From Squalus acanthias (taxonomy: Eukaryota): a stretch of 64,000 nucleotides of DNA. Made by a program: the position numbers and the translations under genes. The notes beneath the pieces are model-generated. The model was given only the letters and a program-made list of their open reading frames with translations. It was not told the DNA's origin and did not search any database. The stretch spans positions 46,748,001-46,812,000 of the forward strand of contig CM059444.1 of assembly GCA_030390025.1 (NCBI GenBank). Reading direction: 5' to 3'. This document shows positions 63,858 through 64,000 of this stretch, one piece after another (position 1 is the stretch's first letter; every line of letters starts with the position of its first letter).

Positions 63858-64000
63858 TTGACTGTGGCTCAGGTGCTGGCTCTCTTGCCTCTGAGTCAGA
63901 AGGTTGTGGGTTCAAGTCCCCTCTCCAGAGACTTGAGCACAAAAATCTAGGCTGACACTCCCGTGCAGTGCTGAGGGAGTGCTGCACTGTCAGAGGTGCC
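63858..64000 (+). mobile_element. tRNA-derived DeuSINE (SacSINE1-like) 5' part
   Basis: A box TGGCTCAG, B box GGTTCAAGTCCC, followed by Deu-like domain; runs off the window. Confidence 0.8.

Noticed and set aside
63858-63930. tRNA gene
   Set aside because: A and B boxes run straight into a SINE body with other copies in the window.

Overview
Vertebrate genomic DNA, most likely a cartilaginous fish (inferred from HER1-like CR1 tails and SacSINE1-like DeuSINEs). Almost the whole window is the 5' part of one minus-strand gene, POC1A (WD40 centriolar protein). Seven coding exons (15, 85, 172, 180, 108, 116, 134 nt; 270 codons) join in frame at GT-AG sites, starting from a CpG-island promoter at about 63.3-63.75 kb; the gene continues past the left edge. 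The introns are dense with transposable elements: many CR1 and L2 LINE fragments (one near full-length CR1 with an esterase ORF1), SINEs, Penelope-like termini with hammerhead-ribozyme cores, a decayed two-gene Harbinger with several MITE families, a probable DIRS remnant, and a 3.8-kb tandem duplication. The stand-out object is an intact 4.44-kb Gypsy retrotransposon (identical 194-bp LTRs, 5-bp TSD, single 1318-aa ORF, YLDN RT motif, no recognisable chromodomain). It has no tRNA-type primer-binding site; instead its PBS position is perfectly complementary over 11 nt to its own LTR, suggesting tRNA-independent self-priming. All alignments were done by eye; boundaries of old repeats are approximate.
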